Source: Deltaproteobacteria bacterium UBA5754
GTDB lineage: Bacteria > Desulfobacterota > Dissulfuribacteria > Dissulfuribacterales > UBA5754
Length of the DNA stretch: 55,193 bases
Direction of reading: 5' to 3'
Assembly: GCA_002419025.1 (NCBI GenBank)
Contig: DIFG01000005.1
Span: 56,928 to 112,120 of the forward strand
In this document: positions 36,189 to 44,618 of the stretch, piece by piece
Layout of the letters: each line of letters starts with the position of its first letter
Numbering within the stretch: the first letter of the stretch is position 1
Notes under the pieces: model-generated
Databases searched by the model: none
Seen by the model: only the letters and a program-made list of their open reading frames with translations
What the model was told of the DNA's origin: nothing
Program-made: the position numbers and the translations under genes

Positions 36189-37598
36189 TCAGTTACCTGG
36201 AGTTTTTGCCGCAGGCTGGGCATTGCCCGCTTCTGTTTCCGGGCCTGAGGCAGGAAGTTCCTCTCCGACTGGCCTCAGAATGAGTTCCACGGAAAAACGT
36301 TCCTTCTGGTCTTTTCCCTTGGTGACAGGCGAGACCATCTTGACATCGGAAAAGAGGGGGTTGTCGCGCCACCGTGCGATCGTCTCTGTAGCTGAGGCGC
36401 CCTCGCCGGAGATGCGGATCTTGCCGTCTTTTAGGCTGAGGGAGCGGATCCACGATTCAGAAGGGGTGTCGGTAGCAAGGGCGAGGAGGACCTTCAGAGG
36501 GATACCCTTGTCTGAGGTGAATTCCTGCACATCAAGGAATCGGGTTCGGATCTTATCCGCCTCTTGTTTGCGTTTTTCGAGGGGGGCAAGGGTGCGTTCG
36601 AGTTCACGGATCTTTTCTTCAAGGGCCATATAGGTCCTTTCCTTGGCCTGTACGTCCATCCATCGCAGGCCGGTGGCCCCTAGGAGGAGGACGACAGCCA
36701 AGGCCACGGCTATCTGCCAGGGCCGCAGGCGAAGATACAGGGGTTTTTTTCTCTCTCCCTCCTGAAAAGAGAGAAAGGGAAAGGGCGATATGCCGAGTGC
36801 TGCTGCGCAGATCCCCCAGGTGATCCGTCCCTCAGGGCCGCAAAGCCCTGCAAGGGGTTCGAGGGAACAGGGATCCTGAGAAGAGGAGAGGCCAGTGAGA
36901 TCTCCGACCCTGAAACGTGGGGCGGAAACGGACTCGGCGAAGATGGGCGGGATCCCGACGGAGATTGCTTCCAGGGCCTCTCGTTCCTTGCCGGGAATGA
37001 AACCAGGGACGAGATGGGAACCCTCCCATGTCGAGACTCCGTGAAGGGAGATCACAGCGGAGCCGTTTTGATCCCCGATGGCCGTGCAGGGAAATTGGGC
37101 CTTGCCTTTTCTCAGGAGGATGTCGAGTCCGAGGGTGGAAGGGGCGATGGGCCCCAGGGATCTTCCGTGGCCGGCCTCCCTGATCGTCTTTATTATGGGG
37201 TCGATGAAGGATTTCTTGACGTATCCGAGGAGGACGACGGTTTCCCCCCCCCGGGTGAACGACCCGACGTCGAAGAAGATCTCATTGGGGTCGAGATGGG
37301 CATGGAGGGATATGCTGAGACGCGCTGCCTGAATGGCCTCCGTCTCGGAGAGCTTGGGATAGGAGAGTTCCCTCAGAAACAGGTGTCTGCGGGGAAGGCC
37401 GACCACGATCCTTCTCCGGCGGGAGGGCTCGAGAGATGCAAGGAGACGTCTCATGTGTTCTATGGCGGGAATGCCTGGGTCGTACTCAAGGACTGGAAGC
37501 TCTACCTTGCGCCACTTCCATCTCTTTCGCTCCAGACGGGCCGTATCGAATCCCGCATCGTCGAAGTGGATCCCGAGGATTTCCCGATCTCCGATCAC
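36189..37598 (-). CDS. gspL: GspL-like (PilM-PilN-type) assembly protein
   Basis: A cytoplasmic actin-like domain, a TM helix (WQIAVALAVVLLLGATGL), then a coiled coil and periplasmic domain. The GTG at 37598 overlaps the gspK stop (GTGA). An alternative ATG is at 37637. Confidence 0.65.
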   Translation of the reverse strand: MIGDREILGIHFDDAGFDTARLERKRWKWRKVELPVLEYDPGIPAIEHMRRLLASLEPSRRRRIVVGLPRRHLFLRELSYPKLSETEAIQAARLSISLHAHLDPNEIFFDVGSFTRGGETVVLLGYVKKSFIDPIIKTIREAGHGRSLGPIAPSTLGLDILLRKGKAQFPCTAIGDQNGSAVISLHGVSTWEGSHLVPGFIPGKEREALEAISVGIPPIFAESVSAPRFRVGDLTGLSSSQDPCSLEPLAGLCGPEGRITWGICAAALGISPFPFLSFQEGERKKPLYLRLRPWQIAVALAVVLLLGATGLRWMDVQAKERTYMALEEKIRELERTLAPLEKRKQEADKIRTRFLDVQEFTSDKGIPLKVLLALATDTPSESWIRSLSLKDGKIRISGEGASATETIARWRDNPLFSDVKMVSPVTKGKDQKERFSVELILRPVGEELPASGPETEAGNAQPAAKTPGN

Positions 37599-38551
37599 TT
37601 CGTCCGATCGCTCCTTTTGGCCGAGGTCTCCTTCCAAAAAAGGATGTTGCTCACGTCAGGACCGCCTCCTCCCATCTTCACATAGGCCTCGTAAGAACGG
37701 GTTACGGTCTGGATCGCGATCCTGATGGTACCACCGGCCATGGGAGGGGCCGGTTCGTCTTCCGTGCCTGTCCCGAGATCCAGGAGCTCAAAGAGGGGGA
37801 GAGGGGCATAATAGGCGTTTACCTTACCCGATTCGTTGAAAACAGTAAAAAGGTCCTTGAGCCCTCCGGTCCACAACGAACCAGCTGCGTCCTCGTATTC
37901 AATTGGGCCGTCATAAAGGTCACGGGTCATTCCGTCAACGAGGAGCAAGTCCTCCATGTAACGGAACGGCCCCTGGGCCGGGAGATACGTTGGGGTCATG
38001 GCCAGGTAGGCCTCCTCTTCCGAACCCGGGTAGCGTTCCAGGTTGTCCTGATCCCGCCAGTCAAGGATGGCATTCGTGATACGCTTTGCCTCTTTTTGGT
38101 CGCTGATCAGCCCGCTTAGTACGTCCGTGATCTGTTCTTCCGTCGCCATATTGAGATCCAGCTTGCCATCTTCGCTTTGGATGGTGAATCGCAGTTCCTG
38201 ACCACCGAAATCGATGGCGTGGACGGTTCCGTCGGGATCAAGAGGAGATGTCTCCCAGTCCATTCCCTTTTCGGCACTTCCCCCTATTTCCCCTGATGCG
38301 ACATGGGGTTTGCCGCGCTCCGCCGGGCCTCCCCGCCCCAGGCCTGTGGTACGATCCTCTTCCTTGGCCGAGGCACTGGATATGTAAAGAATGAAGGAGC
38401 GGAGGGCCTCCCGGCCTTGGACTGAGTCCCAGGCAAACTGGCCGAGGTTTCTTCGTATCTTGGCATCCATGGCGTAATATCCCCCGACCATAGTTAGCAT
38501 GGTAAGTACCCAGAGGACAAGGATGAGGACGGCGCCGCGCTCTGATCTCAT
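37595..38551 (-). CDS. gspK: Type II secretion minor pseudopilin GspK
   Basis: Contains MRSERGAVLILVLWVLTML, EDGKLDLNMAT, ILDWRDQDN and GPFRYMEDLLLVDGMT. The ORF-track start at 38863 reads through the MITE. Confidence 0.8.
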   Translation of the reverse strand: MRSERGAVLILVLWVLTMLTMVGGYYAMDAKIRRNLGQFAWDSVQGREALRSFILYISSASAKEEDRTTGLGRGGPAERGKPHVASGEIGGSAEKGMDWETSPLDPDGTVHAIDFGGQELRFTIQSEDGKLDLNMATEEQITDVLSGLISDQKEAKRITNAILDWRDQDNLERYPGSEEEAYLAMTPTYLPAQGPFRYMEDLLLVDGMTRDLYDGPIEYEDAAGSLWTGGLKDLFTVFNESGKVNAYYAPLPLFELLDLGTGTEDEPAPPMAGGTIRIAIQTVTRSYEAYVKMGGGGPDVSNILFWKETSAKRSDRTK

Positions 38552-38554
38552 GGT

Positions 38555-38716
38555 CTGATCCCGCTTAAAAAAAACCGATTCTCGCGGCTTTGCTTCAATT
38601 TTCCAGTCCATACGGCATACGAGGGGGGAATGGCGATTCGCCCACCTCATTCCTGGAAATTTCGCGCCTTGTATCTCTGGCTTTTTGAGCGGGAACAGAT
38701 CTTGAGGTTTTTGCAG
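38555..38716. mobile_element. MITE-like palindromic repeat, family 2, copy A (between gspJ and gspK)
   Basis: About 75% similar by eye to 45799-45964. Shared features are CTGATCCCGCT at the left end, CCGATTCTCGCGG..TTGCTTCAATTTT, a central GAATnGnGATTCGCCC palindrome, TTTTGAGCGGGA(T/A)CAG, and TTGAGGTTTTT(G/A)CAG at the right end. Confidence 0.65.
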
Positions 38717-38721
38717 TGCGA

Positions 38722-39489
38722 TCATGGTCTGGCTTCGAGGGAGATGGGATCTGTCGGAAATATGCGCCATGCCATGTCCGACTCCTTGTCGGATTTTTTG
38801 GGCTCGTTGGCAAGGGTCCATGACATGGCCACGGCTGACGGGATGTCTCCGCCCGGTTTCCACGTCTGCTCCCAGGTGCCCGGAGGCAGGGGCCCACCTG
38901 TCTCACTCCCTGAGCCGGTGAATGCAAATACGCACGAGGTTACCCCAGGGACCTTGGATGACTCCCAGTCCTCGTCGTCTTCGATGGAGGCACCGCCCTC
39001 TGTGAATGCGTCCAGGTCTTCCTTCCGTGTGACGAGTTTCTGGGAATAGAGAAGGATTTCCTCCTCTGCGTCGTAACGATAGCGGACGAGATGGATCCCG
39101 CCCCCGCGGGAAGAGAGGGGTGCGTGCGCAGTCACGAAGAGGAGCTCATCTGGCTCCCCCTGGAAAAAGGTGAATTCCCCTGCGCCATGGGTCTCTTGAC
39201 AGATGGCCGCCTGGAGCTGACGGCTGAGGAGTCCTTCCATGGCCGAGGAGGTGACGACCATTTCACTCGTCTCCTTTCCCCGGATCCAGGCCCTGATCCC
39301 GGTTCGGACCCCAAGAGATAGGACGAGTATCAGGACGGCGATGAGCGTGATGGAGATGAGGAGTTCGAGAAGGGTGAAACCTTTAGGTCTTCCAAAATCC
39401 GTGAGCCGACGGCCCCTGTACATGGGTGTTTCATCCCACAAATACCTCATCCGTTGTTTTATTCTGTAAAATCGCAATGTTGATCGCAT
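38722..39489 (-). CDS. gspJ: Minor pseudopilin GspJ-like
   Basis: Has the prepilin-type N-terminal motif GRPKG|FTLLELLISITLIAVL. The true start may be the internal ATG at 39423 (MYRGRRLTDFGRPKG). Confidence 0.7.
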   Translation of the reverse strand: MRSTLRFYRIKQRMRYLWDETPMYRGRRLTDFGRPKGFTLLELLISITLIAVLILVLSLGVRTGIRAWIRGKETSEMVVTSSAMEGLLSRQLQAAICQETHGAGEFTFFQGEPDELLFVTAHAPLSSRGGGIHLVRYRYDAEEEILLYSQKLVTRKEDLDAFTEGGASIEDDEDWESSKVPGVTSCVFAFTGSGSETGGPLPPGTWEQTWKPGGDIPSAVAMSWTLANEPKKSDKESDMAWRIFPTDPISLEARP

Positions 39490-39507
39490 ATTTCATGGAT
39501 TCAGGAT

Positions 39508-39930
39508 CTATACATCGGGGCGTTTGATCCAGGTGGTCAGGATGAAGGCAGGTGCGTCTTCCGGGGGATGGATCCTGATGATGAGCTCTTCGAGGTCATC
39601 CGCCTCGTGGTCCTTGCCGTCGATCCGGACTACAAGATCGCGGACTTCGGCCTCGTAACTCCAGCCGGGGTGCCCCGCGAGTTCCACGTCCTTTTTTTCG
39701 AGCATTTCGGGGTCTCTCTGGGACATGAAGAGGAGATATTCTGCGATCTCCGCCGCCTCTGTGGCCATGGCCCCCCTGTAGGCTTGCCGGTGCCCCTGAG
39801 ATATGCCGGCCAGAAGGACCCCGAGGGCGATGCCTGTTATGGCGGTCGCCACAAGGACCTCGATGAGGGTGAAGGCCCGCGTATCCCGGAGGGGCCCTGC
39901 GATGCGTCCGGCTGTGTGGTGGATGGTCAC
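39508..39930 (-). CDS. gspI: Minor pseudopilin GspI-like
   Basis: RAFTLIEVLVATAITGIALGVL, about 140 aa. The GTG start overlaps the gspH stop. Ala replaces the usual Gly at position -1. Confidence 0.7.
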   Translation of the reverse strand: MTIHHTAGRIAGPLRDTRAFTLIEVLVATAITGIALGVLLAGISQGHRQAYRGAMATEAAEIAEYLLFMSQRDPEMLEKKDVELAGHPGWSYEAEVRDLVVRIDGKDHEADDLEELIIRIHPPEDAPAFILTTWIKRPDV

Positions 39931-40382
39931 GATCCGGGTGTCTCCCGCGTGATGATCCCGAGTATCCTGTCTATGGTGATGCGTTCCACCAATGAGCCGT
40001 TTTCCGTGATGTCGATCTCGCCACCGCTCGAGCTGCCGTCCGGGTAAAAGGCGATACCGTAGCGGCCCTGGGCGAGGGTTAGCACGCCGTTTGCCTCGAT
40101 CTGGAGGGTCTCCGGGATCTCGCCGAGGGTCTTGTCTGCGACGGAGAAGCTCCGCTCAGCGGAATCGATCTGGAACCGGACGGTCTCGCCACGCCCGAGG
40201 CTCGCTGTCCGGGCATGGACCAGTCCCTGGGAAAAGGTCGTCAGGAAGCGGGTCTTTTCCGATTTCAGGATCCCGCTCGAGACAGAAATAAAGACAAGAG
40301 ACGAGAGAAAGCTGATAAGCACAAGGACGACGAGTAGTTCGACGAGGGTGAAACCCGCCGCCGCATCAGAGCGCCACATCAT
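39927..40382 (-). CDS. gspH: Minor pseudopilin GspH-like
   Basis: MMWRSDAAAG|FTLVELLVVLVLIS. The start overlaps the 3' end of gspF by about 17 nt. Confidence 0.7.
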   Translation of the reverse strand: MMWRSDAAAGFTLVELLVVLVLISFLSSLVFISVSSGILKSEKTRFLTTFSQGLVHARTASLGRGETVRFQIDSAERSFSVADKTLGEIPETLQIEANGVLTLAQGRYGIAFYPDGSSSGGEIDITENGSLVERITIDRILGIITRETPGS

Positions 40383-41580
40383 TGATGCCGAAGACCGCAA
40401 GGAGCATGGAGAGGATGATCCCTCCGATGACAAGCCCCATGACGACTATGGTAAGCGGTTCAACGAGGGATAGATAGACCTTGGTGTCGTGCTGGATCCT
40501 GGCGTCCAGATCGTCCGCAATCTTGAGGAGCATGGCGTCCATGGCTCCGGTCTCTTCACCAATGGAGACGAGGTTTACGATGAGGGGGGGATAGATCCGG
40601 CCGCGTTTCATGAGTCCGCTGAGGCTCTGGCCCTGGCGCACACCTTTGTAGATCTCATCGAGGCTTTCCCTGATGACGGAGTTGGAAACCACCTCGCGGG
40701 CCAGGGAGATGCCCTTCAGGATCGGGACCCCGCTCTCTAAAAGCGTGCCAAGGGTCCGGCAGAGACGTCCTAGCTCGATCCGCAGGATCATGGGGCCGGC
40801 GAATGGGAGTCTCAGGACGAACCGGTCCCAGCGCGTCTTGCCATCCCGTGTCTTCAGAAAAGAGGAGAAGGCGAGAAAACCCGCGCCTCCGGCCAGGACG
40901 AGGATCCACCACCAGCTTTTGGCAAAGGCGCTGAACGAGACGATCATCTGGGTGGGAAGGGGCATGGGCTGGTTGAGGTCTTCGAAGATCTGGCCGAATT
41001 TGGGGACCACGAAGGTGACGAGGACAAAGATGGAGAGGATCCCGACAATGGCAAGGATGCTCGGATAGATGGAGGATGTGACGATGAAGTTTCGAATCTC
41101 GCGGGATCGCTCGAGAAATCCGCCGAGGCGCGCGAGGACCTTGGGAAGGACGCCTCCGAGTTCACCCACCGTGACCATGTTGACATAGAGGCGGCTGAAG
41201 ATCTCTGGGTGGCAAGAAAGGGCCTCGGAAAGGCTTTTCCCGCCCTGGATCGCCTGAAGGAGTTCGGTGACAAGGTCCTTGGTCCGGGCGTCTTCTGCCG
41301 AATCGGCGATCACGACAAGGGACCGCTCGAGAGTGACCCCGGCAGCCAGGAGGTCGGCGAGCTCACGGGTGAAGGCAAGGAGGGCCTCATGGGAAAATCG
41401 GGATTTTCGGACCAGGAGATCGGAGAGGATCCCTTCAATGGGTCGGAGCTTCTTGACCGAGACGGGCTGGAGTCCCTGTGAGAGGAGGGTTGCAATGAGG
41501 ACCTCACGACTCGCGGCCTCGTTCTGGCCCTGAATCCGCTGTCCTTTTGCGGTTATTGCCTCGTAGGCAAAGTTCGGCAT
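40366..41580 (-). CDS. gspF: Type II secretion system inner-membrane platform protein GspF
   Basis: 404 aa with two T2SSF repeats (FTRELADLLAAGVTLERSL and LCRTLGTLLESGVPILKGI) and three TM segments. Confidence 0.92.
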   Translation of the reverse strand: MPNFAYEAITAKGQRIQGQNEAASREVLIATLLSQGLQPVSVKKLRPIEGILSDLLVRKSRFSHEALLAFTRELADLLAAGVTLERSLVVIADSAEDARTKDLVTELLQAIQGGKSLSEALSCHPEIFSRLYVNMVTVGELGGVLPKVLARLGGFLERSREIRNFIVTSSIYPSILAIVGILSIFVLVTFVVPKFGQIFEDLNQPMPLPTQMIVSFSAFAKSWWWILVLAGGAGFLAFSSFLKTRDGKTRWDRFVLRLPFAGPMILRIELGRLCRTLGTLLESGVPILKGISLAREVVSNSVIRESLDEIYKGVRQGQSLSGLMKRGRIYPPLIVNLVSIGEETGAMDAMLLKIADDLDARIQHDTKVYLSLVEPLTIVVMGLVIGGIILSMLLAVFGINDVAL

Positions 41581-41588
41581 GGGTATGG

Positions 41589-43226
41589 TCAGTTCGTGAC
41601 CCGGAGGACCTCCTCGAGGGTGGTCTCCCCGAAGATGACCTTGCGGATGCCATCCTGGCGGAGGGTCCGCATGCCGGACGCCTTGGCCTCGGAGGCGATG
41701 GCCCCGCTGTCCGCCCCTTGCATGATGAGACGCCGGATGGTGTCGTCGATCTCGAGAAACTCATAGATTCCGCTTCGCCCCGAGTAGCCCGTGCCGGCGC
41801 AGTGGGGGCATCCAGCGCCTTGATACATCTGGGGCGAGGCAAACTCCATGTCCTCGCCCAGGGTATGGACCACGGACTCGAAAAAGCCCTCGGGCAGATC
41901 CCGGAGCACCTTGCAGTGGGGGCAGATCTTCCGGACGAGCCTCTGGGCCATGACCGCAAGGAGGCAGGAAGAGAGGAGATAGGATTCGATACCCATCTCT
42001 TGAAGCCTCGTTATGGCATTCGCCGCGTCGTTTGTGTGGAGGGTGGAGAAGACCAGGTGTCCGGTGAGGGCGGACTGGACGGCGATCTCGGCGGTTTCGT
42101 GGTCCCGGATTTCGCCCACGAGGATGACGTCCGGGTCCTGGCGGAGGATGGTCCTGAGGGCCGAGGCGAAGGTAAGACCGATCTGGGTGCGGACGTGGAT
42201 CTGGTTGATGCCGTCGAGCTGGTACTCCACCGGGTCTTCTACGGTGATGATCTTTTTGTCTGGGGCGTTGATGCGGTTCATGGCCGCATAGAGCGTGGTT
42301 GTCTTTCCGCTTCCCGTCGGCCCCGTGACGAGGATCATGCCGTAGGGGCGGGTGATGAGTTCGTCGAATCGGGCGAAATGGTCAGGGGAGAGTCCAAGGG
42401 AGGAAAGCTCGAGGCGTACCTCCTCCCGGTTCAGGAGTCTTAAGACGATGCTCTCTCCGAACAGCGTAGGAAGGGTAGAGACACGGATGTCGATCTCGCG
42501 TCCTCCCTCGCGGACCTTGATCCTCCCGTCCTGGGGGAGACGCATCTCAGCGATGTTCATCTTTCCCATGAGTTTCAGCCGGGAGGTGATGGCGGGCTGA
42601 AGGCGTTTGGGCACGGTCTCCACGTCGTGGAGCACGCCGTCGATGCGGTACCTCACCTTCACGTGGTCGCGGAAGGGTTCGAAGTGGATGTCCGAGGCCT
42701 TGACCTCAAGGGCCTGGCTGATGAGATGGTTCACGAGGCGGATGACCGGGGCCTCGGATGCCAGGTCCCGAAGCTGCTCCGGGTCCTCCCAAAGATCGTC
42801 TTCGGACATGATTCCCGCCTCATCAGCGTCTTTTTCCAGGTCCACTTCGGCCTCGTACCACCGGTAGATGGCTGCGAGGATATCATCCTCTTTGGCGAGA
42901 TACGGCCTGACAGGTCGTTCATAGATGCCCTCCATGAGCTCCCGGAGATAGAGGTCCCGGGGATCTGCCATGGCGACCCTTACTTCAGCCTCGTCAAGTC
43001 CGACCGGAACCGCCCGCCATTGTTTCATGTTCTGGGGCGAAAGCCCGTTCACCATAGGGGGCTTGTCGGGGAAATCACCGGCTGAAAGGGATGGAAATGT
43101 CTTCAGAAGGGCGCCGGTGTCTGCTGCTGAAGGGGCTGTCTCTTCTTCCGGAACGTCCGCAGGCATTCCCGGGAACGAGGCGGGTTTGAGTGCAGCGGTG
43201 AAGCGCGAAAAGACTTGTTGGATCAT
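41589..43226 (-). CDS. gspE: Type II secretion system ATPase GspE
   Basis: Contains LVTGPTGSGKTTTLYA (Walker A), ILVGEIRD, Asp and His boxes, and a tetracysteine CPHCK...CPHCAGTGYSGRSGIYEFL. Confidence 0.95.
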   Translation of the reverse strand: MIQQVFSRFTAALKPASFPGMPADVPEEETAPSAADTGALLKTFPSLSAGDFPDKPPMVNGLSPQNMKQWRAVPVGLDEAEVRVAMADPRDLYLRELMEGIYERPVRPYLAKEDDILAAIYRWYEAEVDLEKDADEAGIMSEDDLWEDPEQLRDLASEAPVIRLVNHLISQALEVKASDIHFEPFRDHVKVRYRIDGVLHDVETVPKRLQPAITSRLKLMGKMNIAEMRLPQDGRIKVREGGREIDIRVSTLPTLFGESIVLRLLNREEVRLELSSLGLSPDHFARFDELITRPYGMILVTGPTGSGKTTTLYAAMNRINAPDKKIITVEDPVEYQLDGINQIHVRTQIGLTFASALRTILRQDPDVILVGEIRDHETAEIAVQSALTGHLVFSTLHTNDAANAITRLQEMGIESYLLSSCLLAVMAQRLVRKICPHCKVLRDLPEGFFESVVHTLGEDMEFASPQMYQGAGCPHCAGTGYSGRSGIYEFLEIDDTIRRLIMQGADSGAIASEAKASGMRTLRQDGIRKVIFGETTLEEVLRVTN

Positions 43227-43654
43227 TCCCAGCTCACGATGTCCGCGTTTTCGCCCTCGCCACCCGGCTCTCCGTCCTGGCCATAGCTTATGAGATCGTA
43301 GTCTCCGTGTTCCCCTGGGGAGCGATAGACGTATTCATGTCCCCATGGGTCTTTGGGGATGGCCTTGGGGAGATATGGCCCGGCCCATTTTTCCATGCCG
43401 TCCGGGGCCTCCCGCAGGGCTGCAAGTCCTTCCGCAGTCGTGGGATAGCGGCCGTTATCCAGTCTGAATTCGTCAAGGGCCGCCCCGAAGTTTTCGATCT
43501 GGGCCTTTGCGATCTTCTGTTTGCTCGCCCCAAGCTTGCCGAAGAACTTGGGAGCCACGAGAGAGGCGAGGAGTCCCAGGATGATGACAACTACAAGGAG
43601 TTCAATGAGGGTGAATCCGGATTGCCGCCGTCGGCGGGTCATATCATGTTTCAC
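43223..43654 (-). CDS. gspG: Major pseudopilin GspG
   Basis: Contains SGFTLIELLVVVIILGLLASLVAPKF, GRYPTTAEGLAAL, DPWGHEYVY and YGQDGEPGGEGENADI. The GTG at 43654 follows GGAGGAA with a 5-nt spacing (CATCT). Confidence 0.92.
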   Translation of the reverse strand: MKHDMTRRRRQSGFTLIELLVVVIILGLLASLVAPKFFGKLGASKQKIAKAQIENFGAALDEFRLDNGRYPTTAEGLAALREAPDGMEKWAGPYLPKAIPKDPWGHEYVYRSPGEHGDYDLISYGQDGEPGGEGENADIVSWE

Positions 43655-43702
43655 AGATGTTCCTCCGATAAGTGGACCTGAGATGGGGTAGTCATAGGGC
43701 TT

Positions 43703-43755
43703 TTTTCTGTGTCCTCTGTATTAAATCAACAGGTTGCATGTATCACATTGAGAGG
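43703..43755 (+). repeat. Two-block intergenic repeat, copy 2 (family 3), between rlpA stop and gspG start
   Basis: TTTTCTGTGTCCTCTGTA followed by TTAAATCAACAGGTTGCATGTATCACATTGAGAGG. The 14-nt and 16-nt cores are identical to copy 1. Confidence 0.7.
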
Positions 43756-43758
43756 TGA

Positions 43759-44550
43759 TTATCTGGCCACGAGGAAGGCCCCTGGGTTCACGTTTCGTTC
43801 CGCATAGGCCTCGAATTCTCGTGCCTGTCGGTAGTCGTTTGAGGCAAAGATCTGCACCCTGTGAAAGGTCTGGTAGCCCACCACGTGCGGTAATACTACC
43901 ACGTTATCGAATTTCTCTTCAAGTTGAGCCTTGTAGGCGTGGGCGTTTTTCGGGTCAAGAAAGGCCCCCACCTGTACGTAGAACGGTCCGCGGGTAAGGT
44001 CCGGATGGGAGAGGAATGCAGGGGTATCGCCCGCCATGTTCACCTCTCCGAGGGCCTCTATCCTCACCCGGGCAAGTCCTGGCCCTACCACTCCAAGTTT
44101 TTTTGCGGCGCCGTAGCTGAGGTCGATGATCCGGTCCTTCACGAACGGTCCTCGGTCGTTGATCCGGGCCACGGTCTCCCGGCCGTTGTCCAGGTTGATC
44201 ACGCGGACATACGTGTTCATGGGAAGGATCTTGTGAGCTGCAGACACGGAGTGCATGTCGTAGCGCTCGCCGTTGGCCGTCGGGCGTCCGTGAAAATCCG
44301 GGCCGTACCAGGAGGCTAGTCCCTCCTCGACAAAGCCCTCTGCCGAGGGCAGGGGATAGTACGTTTTTCCGTTGATGGTATAGGGGCGCTGGGTCGGGGG
44401 AATGACGGCCTTCCGGGGAGGTTTTTGCACTGGAGGAAGGGCTGAGGGAGGAGGAACGGCTTCTTTCCCGCATCCTGCGAGCTGCATGACCATACAGAGG
44501 AGAAGGGCGGAGAGGGTCTTGAAGGATAGGAGATGCGTGTGACGTTTCAT
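43759..44550 (-). CDS. rlpA: Septal-ring lytic transglycosylase RlpA family lipoprotein with SPOR domain
   Basis: Lipobox LAGC, a DPBB domain (GLASWYGPDFHGRPTANGERYDM...ARINDRGPF), and a C-terminal SPOR-like FYVQVGAF... Confidence 0.88.
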   Translation of the reverse strand: MKRHTHLLSFKTLSALLLCMVMQLAGCGKEAVPPPSALPPVQKPPRKAVIPPTQRPYTINGKTYYPLPSAEGFVEEGLASWYGPDFHGRPTANGERYDMHSVSAAHKILPMNTYVRVINLDNGRETVARINDRGPFVKDRIIDLSYGAAKKLGVVGPGLARVRIEALGEVNMAGDTPAFLSHPDLTRGPFYVQVGAFLDPKNAHAYKAQLEEKFDNVVVLPHVVGYQTFHRVQIFASNDYRQAREFEAYAERNVNPGAFLVAR

Positions 44551-44618
44551 GGTAAATTGCAGAATATCAAGATATGTGGATTATAGATGATAATGTATCG
44601 GAACATGAGGATTTGTCC

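Noticed and set aside
38552-38863. N-terminal 104-aa extension of the gspK ORF.
   Set aside because: It is translated from the family-2 repeat element and the 3' end of gspJ. The canonical GspK N-terminus (MRSERGAVLILVLWVL) starts at 38551.
43655-43758. Looked for a sigma-70 or sigma-54 promoter for the T2SS operon in the rlpA-gspG spacer.
   Set aside because: Only weak hexamers with wrong spacing are present. The operon may be read through from rlpA or use a promoter I cannot recognise.
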